In this document: positions 1 through 8,511 of the stretch, one piece after another | How the letters are laid out: the number at the start of each line of letters is the position of its first letter | How positions within the stretch are numbered: position 1 is the first letter of the stretch | Source of the DNA: a virus | Lineage: Duplodnaviria; Caudoviricetes | IMG/VR virus record: IMGVR_UViG_3300010398_000677 | Span: 1-24,058 of that record | Direction: 5' to 3' (one strand) | Length of the DNA: 24,058 nucleotides | Program-made: the position numbers and the translations under genes | Notes under the pieces: model-generated | The model's input: only the letters and a program-made list of their open reading frames with translations | Databases searched by the model: none | What the model was told of the DNA's origin: nothing

Positions 1-1461
1 CAGCTCCATGATCAGCGTGCGCGGCAGCGCGGGCACGGTGCGCTCACGGATCACCTGCTCGATCTGGTTGATCACCTGCGGGCGCGTCTTCGTGTTCATC
101 GGGAAGCCGTAGTTCGAGAGCTGATGCATGTCGGCTCGGTCAGCGATCGCGTGCCGGTACAGCTTCGGGTAGTGCGGTCGTCCCTTGCGGCCGTCGCGCA
201 AGCTGATGATCACCGGCTCGCCGTAGCCGCCGCCCATCTCGACTGCGAGCCGAGCGGTCCCGTACCATCGCCCCAGGAAGTGGAGCTGCTCAGCGAATTC
301 GTCCGCGTCGACCTTCTGGTGGAACTCGGCAGCGAGAGCCTGGTTCGTGAGATCGATGACGTAGGCAGCGCTGTAGTCGAGACCGCGCCCCGTGGCGACG
401 TCGGCACCGATCGCGTATTCATGGGTTGGCTCGGGACGTGTGTAGACCCGGATCGGCCCCTGCTGCGACCAGTGGAGCTTCGACTTCGCTCCCGTCGCAT
501 CGGGGATGAAGCGCATCCGTCCCTCTTCCTCGAGCGGGTGCTCCTCCGAGTACCAGGCGAGCGCATCGAGGTCGAACCAGCACTCGCCGGTATTGATGAA
601 GGCGTCCTCGGGCGTACGTGGAAACTGCTCCGCGCGATCGTGGGACGGCAGAGCCTTCGCTTTCTCCGAGTACCAGTGCTCGTCGCGGTCGGGGTGGAGG
701 TCCCAGGCGAGGAACTGGGCGTGGATGCCGAGGTCTTCGGCGTTGACGTACAGGTGATGGAAGTAGTTGCCCTCGCCGGTCTGCTCGTTCGAGACGCCGT
801 TGGCGGTGGAGATGACGAGTATTTGCCCGCCGTTGTCGGCGACAGGGAACATGGCTTTCCAACTGTCGCGCGCGTATTCGTGCCGCGAGTACTCGTCGAG
901 TAGGACGAGCGTGCCGACCTCGCCGTGACCGGCGCGGCGCGTCGACGGCAGACCGACGACGCTCGAGATGCGCCCGTCCTTGAAGCTGAATTCGATCAGC
1001 GTCGACGGACGAGCCCCGCGCACCGGGCGCGTGATCTCTGCCTCGAAGCGCGAGTGCTCGGGCAGCGAGTGGAACATGTCGAACAGGCGGTTGACGACCT
1101 TGATCGCCTCGTCCTCGTTGATCGAGACGATCAGGGCGCGGGTGCCGGGGAGAGTGAGGACTTTCCACAGCGCGTACCCCGCGCCCAGCCAAGTAATACC
1201 GATCTGGCGCGCCTTGAGAACAAGGTTGAGCGGGTGCTCGATCCAGGTGTCGAGCACATCGCGCTGCCAGTACCAACCCGCGTCTTCGTCCTCGAGCTCG
1301 AACGAGAACTTCTCGCCCGTGCGCGAGTCGACGCAGGTGACATGCTCGAGCAGTCCCGCGGGATGCAGCAGCGCCGCAGCTCGCTCGTTCAGCCGCTTCG
1401 CAAGCTCCTCCCTGATCCGCTCGACGACCTCGGGGTCCGGGCCCTTCGTCTTGGTCGGCAC
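1..1461 (-). CDS. terL: Terminase large subunit (3' end runs off the window)
   Basis: Not in the ORF track because the stop is outside the window. Manual translation from GTG 1461 (GGAG RBS) gives MPTKTKGPDPEVVERIREE...LVLKARQIGITWLGAGYALWK (terminase Walker A), RNase H-like nuclease motif YAIGADVATGRGLDYSAAYVID, LAVEMGGGYG, and YGFPMNTKTRPQVI near the edge. Confidence 0.92.
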   Translation of the reverse strand, partial: MPTKTKGPDPEVVERIREELAKRLNERAAALLHPAGLLEHVTCVDSRTGEKFSFELEDEDAGWYWQRDVLDTWIEHPLNLVLKARQIGITWLGAGYALWKVLTLPGTRALIVSINEDEAIKVVNRLFDMFHSLPEHSRFEAEITRPVRGARPSTLIEFSFKDGRISSVVGLPSTRRAGHGEVGTLVLLDEYSRHEYARDSWKAMFPVADNGGQILVISTANGVSNEQTGEGNYFHHLYVNAEDLGIHAQFLAWDLHPDRDEHWYSEKAKALPSHDRAEQFPRTPEDAFINTGECWFDLDALAWYSEEHPLEEEGRMRFIPDATGAKSKLHWSQQGPIRVYTRPEPTHEYAIGADVATGRGLDYSAAYVIDLTNQALAAEFHQKVDADEFAEQLHFLGRWYGTARLAVEMGGGYGEPVIISLRDGRKGRPHYPKLYRHAIADRADMHQLSNYGFPMNTKTRPQVINQIEQVIRERTVPALPRTLIMEL

Positions 1462-1462
1462 A

Positions 1463-1633
1463 TCAGCTCCGTTGCAAGAACAGCCGCCGTTCGCCCGCCT
1501 GCCGTTGCAACAGCTCGCAGTACTCCTTCGTGTGCCCGTGCCAAGTGATGCACGTCCCACAGAGACGACAGCAGCCGATGCAGTTGCAAGCGTGCGCGTG
1601 CCGTGGCGTCGAGGCGCTTGCGACTCCCTGCAT
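1463..1633 (-). CDS. Small Cys/His-rich hypothetical protein (56 aa)
   Basis: GAGGTG RBS before ATG 1633; CNCIGCCRLCGTC...H..H...C; abuts terL. Confidence 0.55.
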   Translation of the reverse strand: MQGVASASTPRHAHACNCIGCCRLCGTCITWHGHTKEYCELLQRQAGERRLFLQRS

Positions 1634-1635
1634 CG

Positions 1636-1833
1636 TCACCTCTTCGTCTTGCCGCGGCGCGCCTTGCGTGACTGACCCGACTGCGAGAGCGCGATCGCGA
1701 CCGCCTGCTTTTGGTTGCGGACGATCGGGCCCTTCTTCGATCCGGAGTGAAGCTGGCCCGCCTTCCACTCGTCCATCACCACCTTGACCTTCGCCTTCTT
1801 CCCGGCCTTCGTCCTCGGCTTCGCGCGCGCCAT
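1636..1833 (-). CDS. DUF6496-like small basic protein (65 aa)
   Basis: KVKVVMDEWKAGQLHSGSKKGPIVRNQKQAVAIALS matches the DUF6496 pattern as recalled; GGAGG RBS. Confidence 0.75.
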   Translation of the reverse strand: MARAKPRTKAGKKAKVKVVMDEWKAGQLHSGSKKGPIVRNQKQAVAIALSQSGQSRKARRGKTKR

Positions 1834-2042
1834 CACACACCTCCGATCTGACAGACGACGACGTCGTTCTCCCGCACGAGCACACCCTCTTCCGCGGGCA
1901 CGCCGCGCGAGGCGATCACCACCGCCGCCGCAGCCGCCAGGGGGACCGCGTGCTCGACCGTGTCTGCCCCGCCGACGATCTTGCCGTCGAGCAGCCGCTC
2001 GATCGTCACCGGATGCTGGGGCTGCTGGATCGGCTCGGTCAT
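1833..2042 (-). CDS. Hypothetical protein (69 aa)
   Basis: MTEPIQQPQHP...; start/stop overlaps with both neighbours. Confidence 0.6.
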   Translation of the reverse strand: MTEPIQQPQHPVTIERLLDGKIVGGADTVEHAVPLAAAAAVVIASRGVPAEEGVLVRENDVVVCQIGGV

Positions 2043-2224
2043 CGCTTCTTCCCGTGATCGGAGGGCAGCGTGATCGACGAGTCCGGCGAGAACCACTGCG
2101 TGGCCGGACGCGCATGCGAGATCGGAGCCCGCGACTGGTGGTGCGTCTGCCCCGGCACCGGCAACTGCGGCGAGCGGAGATCCCCCAGCCCGGAGACCTT
2201 CTTGTTCGTCTTGCTCGGCTTCAT
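2039..2224 (-). CDS. Hypothetical protein (61 aa)
   Basis: AAGGAGG RBS, ATG start, ATGA overlap with next gene. Confidence 0.6.
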   Translation of the reverse strand: MKPSKTNKKVSGLGDLRSPQLPVPGQTHHQSRAPISHARPATQWFSPDSSITLPSDHGKKR

Positions 2225-2233
2225 CGCCCCTCC

Positions 2234-2326
2234 TTAGATCAGGTCAGCACCCCAGAGCACGAACACCCAGAGCGCGATCGCGATCAGGTAGAGCGCGACG
2301 TCACCGGGCGAAAGATGGACCGACAT
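2234..2326 (-). CDS. Small single-TM protein (30 aa)
   Basis: Manual translation MSVHLSPGDVALYLIAIALWVFVLWGADLI; GGAGGTG RBS; first gene of the leftward operon. Confidence 0.6.
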   Translation of the reverse strand: MSVHLSPGDVALYLIAIALWVFVLWGADLI

Positions 2327-2484
2327 GCCTGTCACCTCCGTCGACACGAAAACCGTGTCAAGTCGAAATTTTTTGCAGGCACTTTGTGAGAAAACCCCTG
2401 GAAGGGAGCCTCTTTCCGCGAAGACTCGAAAATCGACTTCGCTAAAATGTGTGCATCAACCGTCCCATTCCCAGGAGGTTCAGC

Positions 2485-2748
2485 ATGTCCGCAGTACCCG
2501 TTACACAGATGGCACGCGAGCATCAGGCGTGGCTCTTGTTCGTCGAACAGTTGAAACGCTGCGCGTGCGTGATCGACATCAACGAGGAGCACGCGCTGCA
2601 CGCGGCGGTCACGCTCTGGGGCGAGGAGCTCGCACGGCTCCGCGCCCATCAGGACGACGAAGTGCTCGAGCGTGTGTACGAGGAAGCCACCGCGCGCTAC
2701 GCGCAGCACATCGGCTTCCTTCCTTCGACGTACGGCCTCGGTGTCTGA
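2485..2748 (+). CDS. Hypothetical protein (87 aa)
   Basis: CAGGAGG RBS before ATG 2485. Confidence 0.7.
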   Translation: MSAVPVTQMAREHQAWLLFVEQLKRCACVIDINEEHALHAAVTLWGEELARLRAHQDDEVLERVYEEATARYAQHIGFLPSTYGLGV

Positions 2749-3061
2749 GGTGGAGGTCCGCGTCTCGGGCTGGGTCTTCTACGAGTGCTTCGACCCGATG
2801 TGCACCGAATTCCCGCGCGAGCATCCGGAGGTCGGCGAGCCGGTGCGCGTGAAGGTCGGCAAGGGCTCGCAGTTCCGCTACACGGTCGACCGCGAGACGG
2901 CGATCACGATGCTCGAGCACGCGCGCACGTTCGGCGACGCGATGAGCTTCGGTGTCGACGACCCGTCGATCGGCAAGCGCGTCGTCCGCTGGTGCGAGCG
3001 CGAGGCCGAGCGGCTCGGGCTCGAGCTCTACTACGAGAAGGGCTGGGCGCTGTACCGATGA
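2741..3061 (+). CDS. Hypothetical protein
   Basis: GTG start overlapping the previous gene end; GC3-rich codon usage. Confidence 0.65.
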   Translation: MSEVEVRVSGWVFYECFDPMCTEFPREHPEVGEPVRVKVGKGSQFRYTVDRETAITMLEHARTFGDAMSFGVDDPSIGKRVVRWCEREAERLGLELYYEKGWALYR

Positions 3062-3186
3062 AGACGAAGACGAAGCGCGTCTACACCTGTGCCTGTTGTC
3101 AGCGGCGGCTGAAGCAGGACCGCTGGATCTGGTCGCACTGGACGAAGAACCGCTACTGCTGGCCCGGTCAGGGATGCAACCGCTGA
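3058..3186 (+). CDS. Small Cys-rich protein (42 aa), possible Zn-binding
   Basis: MKTKTKRVYTCACCQRRLKQDRWIWSHWTKNRYCWPGQGCNR; ATGA overlap. Confidence 0.6.
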   Translation: MKTKTKRVYTCACCQRRLKQDRWIWSHWTKNRYCWPGQGCNR

Positions 3187-3187
3187 A

Positions 3188-3220
3188 CGAGCAGGGGCAC
3201 CCGTGAGGGTGCCCCACTCG
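3188..3220 (+). terminator. GC-rich hairpin (possible terminator or RNA stability element)
   Basis: GGGGCACCC-GTGA-GGGTGCCCC 9-bp stem with GNRA loop just after a stop; no U-tract. Confidence 0.45.
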
Positions 3221-3356
3221 CTTGAGGTCAACCAACCCCGGACGGCAAGCGCCCGAGGCCCAGGAGGTTGCTCAAGAAGCAGGGGAATCCTAGCCCATCC
3301 CAGCGTTTACTATTCGGTCACCAGGGGGAGTTACCCCGTAAACCCAGGAGGCCTCG

Positions 3357-4802
3357 ATGCCGAGAGGCAGGACTGGCTCCACGGAGCTCGACGCGCTGGC
3401 GCGCGAGCTCAAGTCGAACTACGTGCTACGCAAGATGAAGAGCGGACACTGGGCCGTTCAGAACCGCCTGACGCACAAGGACGTGCTCGTCGACGGCAAG
3501 ATCCTCAGCCTCACCGGCACCGCACATGGCGGGCGCGCGCTGAACAACATGCGTGCCCAGCTCAAGCACGAAGGCCTGCTCAAGGGCGAGCCGGTGCGCA
3601 AGCCGAGAGCGATGAACAAGGAAGAGCGGGAAGTGAAGAGCGAACAGATGCGCGCCGCCTCAGCAGCGCTGATGAAGCAACGCCAGGAGACCGCCGACGC
3701 GCTGCACGAGCGACTGACCGCGATCGTCGAGAAGGTCGGCGGCTGGGAGATCCGCGGCATGCAGTCCGACCTCGCGCACGTCGCCGTGCTGATCGGCAAG
3801 CAGCAGGGCAAGGACGTCTACCCCGATCTGCTGCAGCCGTCGATCTCGCGCGTGCACAAGCGAGGCTGGATCGAGCCTCGCTACCAGGAGATCTGGAACG
3901 AGCTGGCCGAGCGGCTCGAGAACGCCGACGACCTGCAGGACTTGTGGTTCTCGCTGGTGCGCGAGTCGCGCGGGATCCCCGAGGAGCTCGTCGAGGCGAA
4001 GCCCGTCAGCGAAGGCGAGTGGCCGTTCAAGGTGGAGCTGATCCCGATCGACCGCATGTTCGCCGACCACGACTACCAGCGGCCGGTGCCCTGGGACTTC
4101 GTGCGCAAGCTCGCCGCGCGCTACGACGAGACACTGGTCGGCACGATCGACGTCTCCTCACGCAAGCGGGGCGCGACCTTCGCGATCCTCGACGGGCAGC
4201 TTCGCTACGAGGCCTCGAAGCTGAAGCAGAAGACGGCGCTCTGGTGCTCGATCTACGAGGGGCTCGACAAGGCCTCGGAGGCGCGCTTCTTCCTGCACAA
4301 GAACCGCGACAGGAAGGTCGTGCACATCTTCTACACGTTCATGGCGCGCGTCGTCGCCGAGGATCCGGAAGCGGTCGAGATGAAGAAGCTGACCGAGAAG
4401 TACGCCTACAGGATCTCGATCGTCTCGGCGGCGCACGATGAGCGGAACATCTCGGCGATCGCGGCGCTCGAGCAGGCGCAGAAGCTCGGCGTGCTCGAGC
4501 CGGTGCTCGTCACCCTGAAGGGGTCCACCTACGGGAGAGTGAAAGGGCAGGACTCGAACCTGATCCGCGGCCTCTCGTACGTGCACGCCGCGTACCCGAA
4601 CGGAGGCCTCGATCTCGAGCACCTGCAGGAAGTCATCGCCAACCGGGACGTCCCCTGGCTGTTGGGACGAGCAAGGGAGGGAGCTGGCATGAACAACTCG
4701 AGCGTTCAGCACTACATGGCGCGCGTACTAGTAGAGGAGTACAACCGGGGACGGCGATCTGCGGCAGACCGTCTGAGCCCCGATCGTCTCTTTCAGCGGT
4801 GA
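3357..4802 (+). CDS. ParB/Srx-like (DUF6551-like) domain protein with N-terminal HicA-like region
   Basis: C-terminal half has IPIDRMFADHDYQRP...VGTIDVSSR...AILDGQLRYEA...EARFF (YQR/DGQHR-type motifs); CAGGAGG RBS. Confidence 0.7.
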   Translation: MPRGRTGSTELDALARELKSNYVLRKMKSGHWAVQNRLTHKDVLVDGKILSLTGTAHGGRALNNMRAQLKHEGLLKGEPVRKPRAMNKEEREVKSEQMRAASAALMKQRQETADALHERLTAIVEKVGGWEIRGMQSDLAHVAVLIGKQQGKDVYPDLLQPSISRVHKRGWIEPRYQEIWNELAERLENADDLQDLWFSLVRESRGIPEELVEAKPVSEGEWPFKVELIPIDRMFADHDYQRPVPWDFVRKLAARYDETLVGTIDVSSRKRGATFAILDGQLRYEASKLKQKTALWCSIYEGLDKASEARFFLHKNRDRKVVHIFYTFMARVVAEDPEAVEMKKLTEKYAYRISIVSAAHDERNISAIAALEQAQKLGVLEPVLVTLKGSTYGRVKGQDSNLIRGLSYVHAAYPNGGLDLEHLQEVIANRDVPWLLGRAREGAGMNNSSVQHYMARVLVEEYNRGRRSAADRLSPDRLFQR

Positions 4803-5044
4803 CGCAGCAGGGGCTGATGCGTCAGCCCGAACTCGGACAGGCGATCCGCAAGCGCCGCTACCAGCTCGGCCTGAGCCTGCGCGAATTCCAGGACGTCTCG
4901 CACACGGGCCTGTCGCGGATCGAGCTGGGCGAGCGCAAGCCGTCGGCGCTGACGCTGGTCAGGATCGCCGACGTGCTGAAGACGACCGCGCTCGAGCTCG
5001 CCACCGGCAAGCACGGGCACTGCCCGTTCTGCAGGCGCGGATGA
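4799..5044 (+). CDS. XRE-family HTH regulator with C-terminal CxxC
   Basis: LGQAIRKRRYQLGLSLRE...LSRIELGERKPSALTLVRIADVL; ends HCPFC. Confidence 0.8.
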   Translation: MTQQGLMRQPELGQAIRKRRYQLGLSLREFQDVSHTGLSRIELGERKPSALTLVRIADVLKTTALELATGKHGHCPFCRRG

Positions 5045-5391
5045 GAGTGCTCGTTTGCGGCTCGCGCAACTGGAGCGACGGGCGCGCGATCAGGGAGCGC
5101 CTGCGGTCGCTCCCGCGCGGGTCGACGGTGGTTCACGGTGGTGCGCGCGGAGCCGACCGGCTCGCTGGCGAGATCGCGCGCACCCTCGGCTTCGAGGTGC
5201 ACGAGATGCCCGCGCACTGGTTCAGGAACGAGACCTTCAACCGGCGGGCAGGGCTCGAGCGGAACATCGCGATGCTCGAGACGAAACCCGACCTGGTGAT
5301 CGCCTTCTGGAAGGACGGCTCGACAGGGACAGCGCACACAATCGAGCAGGCGACACGCAGAGGAATCGCGCTCGAGGTGCATCACGGATGA
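5041..5391 (+). CDS. SLOG-superfamily protein (DUF2493/YspA-like)
   Basis: RVLVCGSRNW...VVHGGARGADRLA...AGLERNIAML...VIAFW..GSTGTAHTI. Confidence 0.85.
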   Translation: MRVLVCGSRNWSDGRAIRERLRSLPRGSTVVHGGARGADRLAGEIARTLGFEVHEMPAHWFRNETFNRRAGLERNIAMLETKPDLVIAFWKDGSTGTAHTIEQATRRGIALEVHHG

Positions 5392-5558
5392 GGATCGTGC
5401 TCGCAGAGCGCGTCTACCGAATCGGCAGGCAGACCGTCGAGCTCGAGGACGGCAAGTACTGGCTGACGATCACCAACCGCACCTACCATTCCGAGCACCG
5501 GGTCGAGTACGAGACGGCGATGCGCTACCTGAAGGCACTGAAAGAGGAGAGCCGATGA
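5388..5558 (+). CDS. Hypothetical protein (56 aa)
   Basis: ATGA coupling on both sides. Confidence 0.6.
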   Translation: MRIVLAERVYRIGRQTVELEDGKYWLTITNRTYHSEHRVEYETAMRYLKALKEESR

Positions 5559-5791
5559 GCGAGTACGTACAGGTCCCGGTCGACGACTTCGAGCTGGTGA
5601 TGAGCGCCCTGCGCGCGATCCGCGACCTGCAGCCCGAGCTGCTCGAAAAGCTGCGACGCAACAACGTCGTCTTCACCGACATCGGCAACGACCCCTCGAA
5701 CTGGCAGCACGTCGCGAACACCATCTACTCCTACGTGGTGCAGGCCGACACGATCGCCGGAGCCGCCTTGAACGAGATCGGAGCGGGATGA
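5555..5791 (+). CDS. Hypothetical protein (78 aa)
   Basis: GAGGAG RBS, ATGA overlap. Confidence 0.7.
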   Translation: MSEYVQVPVDDFELVMSALRAIRDLQPELLEKLRRNNVVFTDIGNDPSNWQHVANTIYSYVVQADTIAGAALNEIGAG

Positions 5792-6057
5792 ACGAAGGCC
5801 AGTACATCGGCTTCGGGCGCTGCTGGAGCTGCCGACGCCAGTTCACCTTCGACCCCGAGCTCGTTCCTTCGGTGCCGATCGACCCGGTGACCGGGCTGCC
5901 GCCCGACGTCGACGAACAGATCCGCCAGGTCGAGCCGGTGCAGCTCGCGATCGAGCGCGCCGTCAAGCAGCCGCTCTGCCGCAACTGCGTCGAGCTCGTC
6001 AACGCGGTGCGGGCCGAGAAGATCTACGTCCCTCCCGGTGCCTACCCCGATGAGTGA
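5788..6057 (+). CDS. Zn-ribbon-like hypothetical protein
   Basis: CWSC...CRNC pairs; ATGA overlap. Confidence 0.65.
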   Translation: MNEGQYIGFGRCWSCRRQFTFDPELVPSVPIDPVTGLPPDVDEQIRQVEPVQLAIERAVKQPLCRNCVELVNAVRAEKIYVPPGAYPDE

Positions 6058-6259
6058 GTACGAACGCCTGCGCCCCGACACCTTCGACCGGCTCGACCAG
6101 CTCGAGCACGAAGGACTACTGCACCGCAAACCCGATCGTCGGCCCCTCTGGGCGGTCGAGGTGAACGGGGCCCGCCTCTACACCAGGCACACGAAGAGCG
6201 CGGCGGTGAGGATGGCGCGACGACACCTCGGGCAAGAAGTGAAGCTGAGGAGGATCTGA
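6050..6259 (+). CDS. Hypothetical protein (69 aa)
   Basis: MSEYERLRPD...; overlaps neighbours. Confidence 0.55.
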   Translation: MSEYERLRPDTFDRLDQLEHEGLLHRKPDRRPLWAVEVNGARLYTRHTKSAAVRMARRHLGQEVKLRRI

Positions 6260-6570
6260 TGACGATCGACGACGACCTGGCGGCGGTCCTCGCCGCGCTG
6301 CCGCAAGACGCAGTGGCCGCGCTCGCAGCGATGACGAGGATCACGCGCCGCCTCGCCGTGATCGAAGGCATGTACAAGGAGAAGGATCTGATCGAGCAGA
6401 TCGAGAAGCGCGGCGCAACGATCGATGCCCAGGCCGAGCAGCTACGGGAACTACAGGAGGAGGCGGAAAAAGTCCTGACTGTCTACAGCGGTTCGGTTGA
6501 TGATAACGCGCTTTACATCGCGCTCGTTGACCTTGGGGTCGCCCTCTCCCGTAGCAAAGGAAGCGAATGA
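6259..6570 (+). CDS. Coiled-coil hypothetical protein
   Basis: GAGGAGG RBS, TGATG coupling. Confidence 0.65.
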   Translation: MTIDDDLAAVLAALPQDAVAALAAMTRITRRLAVIEGMYKEKDLIEQIEKRGATIDAQAEQLRELQEEAEKVLTVYSGSVDDNALYIALVDLGVALSRSKGSE

Positions 6571-6592
6571 GCTGCTCGGGCATCATTTGAAG

Positions 6593-6790
6593 ATGAGTCT
6601 GATGACCAGAACCATCTGTCTCTGCTGCGGCAGCTACTACGACGCGGACGAGAACTGCCCGCAGATCCCCTTCAAGCCGCACTCGCTGCAGATCGCGGTC
6701 GAGGTCTCGAGGCTGCTCTTGGAAGCCGGGATCGAGCACCCCGACAAGCAGGACGTCACCGAAGCGCTCAGGGAGCTCGGCTACCGCTAG
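6593..6790 (+). CDS. Hypothetical protein (start uncertain)
   Basis: MSLMTRTICLCCGSYY...; 3' part has typical codon bias; weak RBS. Confidence 0.45.
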   Translation: MSLMTRTICLCCGSYYDADENCPQIPFKPHSLQIAVEVSRLLLEAGIEHPDKQDVTEALRELGYR

Positions 6791-6867
6791 ACCTGTGGAC
6801 GCCGCTGTGGACACATGTTCACGGGCGGTGGCGTAGCGTCCGGGCGTCAGCTACCAGGAGGCTCCCG

Positions 6868-7047
6868 ATGACAAGCAGCAGCGACATCGTGCTCGACGAG
6901 TGGGAACGCGCACGCGAACAGCTCCGCAGCGGGGTGCGCACGATGATCGTGCTCGGGCTGAAGAAAGGCGCGGTCTACGACGACGCGCTCGAACGGGCCA
7001 CACAAGAACTCGACGACGCCTGGGAAGCAGAGTCAGATCACGAATGA
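6868..7047 (+). CDS. Hypothetical protein (59 aa, below ORF-track cutoff)
   Basis: CAGGAGG RBS; MTSSSDIVLDEWERAREQLRSGVRTMIVLGLKK...DHE. Confidence 0.65.
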   Translation: MTSSSDIVLDEWERAREQLRSGVRTMIVLGLKKGAVYDDALERATQELDDAWEAESDHE

Positions 7048-7226
7048 GAACGGCTGAGCCGTGCTTGCGCGGCAAGCGCGAGATCGCTCGCCCAGACCCC
7101 GACCTCCCAGGCGTGCTGCATGTCACGATCCCCGTTCTTCGGAGGCTTCTTGCCCAGCAACCCGCTCATGAAAGCAGCATGAAGCTGCGCAGCCTCGGCG
7201 GCGATCCTCGCGTCGTCCTCGCGCAT
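7038..7226 (-). CDS. Hypothetical protein (62 aa)
   Basis: GAGGAGG RBS before MREDDARIAAEAAQLH... Confidence 0.6.
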   Translation of the reverse strand: MREDDARIAAEAAQLHAAFMSGLLGKKPPKNGDRDMQHAWEVGVWASDLALAAQARLSRSHS

Positions 7227-7236
7227 CAGAACCTCC

Positions 7237-7536
7237 TCACAAAGAAGCAACCTCGCCGCGCATGAACTCGCGGTAGCGCCAGCGCGCGTACGCCTCCGAG
7301 CGATCGAGTCGCGAGCGTCCGTCCCGCGGATCGATCACCTCCTTCAGCAGGCCCGCCTGCATCTGCGCGCGCGTGATCTCCAGCTCGCGACGCACGTACT
7401 CCTGCTCGGAGATGTGAGGGTCGTACTCGGGTCCGCGACCAGGCTCTGCAGCCACCTCGACAGGTGCCAGCTCGAGCCCCTGACGCTTCGCGCGCATCCG
7501 CTCCGCATCCGACTCCCACTTGCGCGGGCGAGCCAT
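7237..7536 (-). CDS. Small putative DNA-binding protein (99 aa)
   Basis: Basic N-terminus MARPRKWESDAERMRAKR; preceded by direct repeats. Confidence 0.65.
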   Translation of the reverse strand: MARPRKWESDAERMRAKRQGLELAPVEVAAEPGRGPEYDPHISEQEYVRRELEITRAQMQAGLLKEVIDPRDGRSRLDRSEAYARWRYREFMRGEVASL

Positions 7537-7550
7537 GTTCGGAAACCCCC

Positions 7551-7588
7551 CGTGTTCGTTTACTCGGGCCCCGCGTGTTCGTTTACTC
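7551..7588. repeat. 15-bp direct repeat CGTGTTCGTTTACTC x2 (period 23)
   Basis: Exact copies at 7551-7565 and 7574-7588, immediately upstream of the 7536 start. Confidence 0.85.
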
Positions 7589-7885
7589 TCGCGCGCGTTG
7601 CCAGAAGGGGACAGGCTGTCGCGCGCGTGCCCAGTCGGCGAGCGGCCCCGCGCCAGGCTCCACGCGCGATCGCGCGCGCGCAGGGGTGGGCCGCGCCCAC
7701 CCCGCGTAGACGCGGGTGCGCGTGCGCGCGATGTCGCGCTCGAGCGCGAGCGCGTTCATCGCGCGCGCGATGAAGACCGCGCGCGCACGATGGGCAGATC
7801 GGTACCACCAGCCCTCGAGGCCTCTGACTGCGGCTGGGATGGCTCAACCATGCGGCTTTGCGAGCTGGGATGCCAGGTGGGATGC

Positions 7886-8380
7886 CTACTCGCCGAGGAG
7901 CTGCGAGGCGAGCTGCTGCAGCTCGGCCCAGCCCAGACCAGTGACCTCGTCGGCCGTGCTCGGCAGCTCGACGTCGAGCCGCGCCTCGGCCTGCGGGTAG
8001 AGCAGCTCGACGGCCGCGATCGCAGCTCGCTGGCGCGCCACGCTGCTCAGCTCGCCGTCGTCAAGCGGCGCGTCCACGATCGCCTCAGCGAAGTCGTTCG
8101 CACGAAGCTGCGCGCGAATTCGGGCCTGCTGCAGGGGTTGCGCGGCGCGTCTCGCCGTGATACCGAGGGATGCCCGTGCATGAGCGCGACGGGCCTTTTC
8201 GGCGTGCGCAGCTAGCGAGGCCATCCTGGGATCGGTAGCTACTCCCCCGATGCCGCTGTGTCCGTTGCACAGGCCTGTGTCCCGTCGGCGGATGCCGCGA
8301 CAGCGCGCGCCGTCTGGCTTCAGCACCCTGCAGCGTCCGTCGTCCTCGCCGTCCCAGAACGTGCAGCCGTCGGGGATCAT
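7886..8380 (-). CDS. HGGxSTG-like Zn-finger protein, candidate terminase small subunit
   Basis: RCRVLKPDGARCRGIRRRDTGLCNGHSG followed by a helical region; same strand as terL; GGAG RBS. TerS role is inference. Confidence 0.5.
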   Translation of the reverse strand: MIPDGCTFWDGEDDGRCRVLKPDGARCRGIRRRDTGLCNGHSGIGGVATDPRMASLAAHAEKARRAHARASLGITARRAAQPLQQARIRAQLRANDFAEAIVDAPLDDGELSSVARQRAAIAAVELLYPQAEARLDVELPSTADEVTGLGWAELQQLASQLLGE

Positions 8381-8482
8381 CGCCGTCTCCGGCACGTTCA
8401 GCAGCAACTCCTCGGAGCCGCTTGGTTGAGCGATCGGCTGCACGAAGTTCCCGCTATTTGCGTCTTTCTCTGTTGACAAAAC

Positions 8483-8511
8483 TTGCACCTCTCGGGAATC
8501 GGGGCTACTTT
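8483..8511 (+). promoter_or_regulatory. Sigma-70/SigA-type promoter for the ribozyme leader and gene array
   Basis: TTGCAC-17 bp-TACTTT in an AT-rich patch. Confidence 0.6.

Noticed and set aside
124-1675. Long plus-strand ORFs 124-903, 925-1548, 968-1675 and similar shadow ORFs (e.g. 17914-19362, 14966-15661)
   Set aside because: Antisense or off-frame shadows of well-supported genes in GC-rich DNA.
6599-6609. Second CTGATGACCAG, possible hammerhead core
   Set aside because: No downstream stem II-GAAA or stem I partner found by eye; lies in a probable CDS start.
6793-6813. Two CTGTGGAC repeats resembling DnaA boxes
   Set aside because: Only two imperfect matches and no AT-rich unwinding element; insufficient to call an origin.
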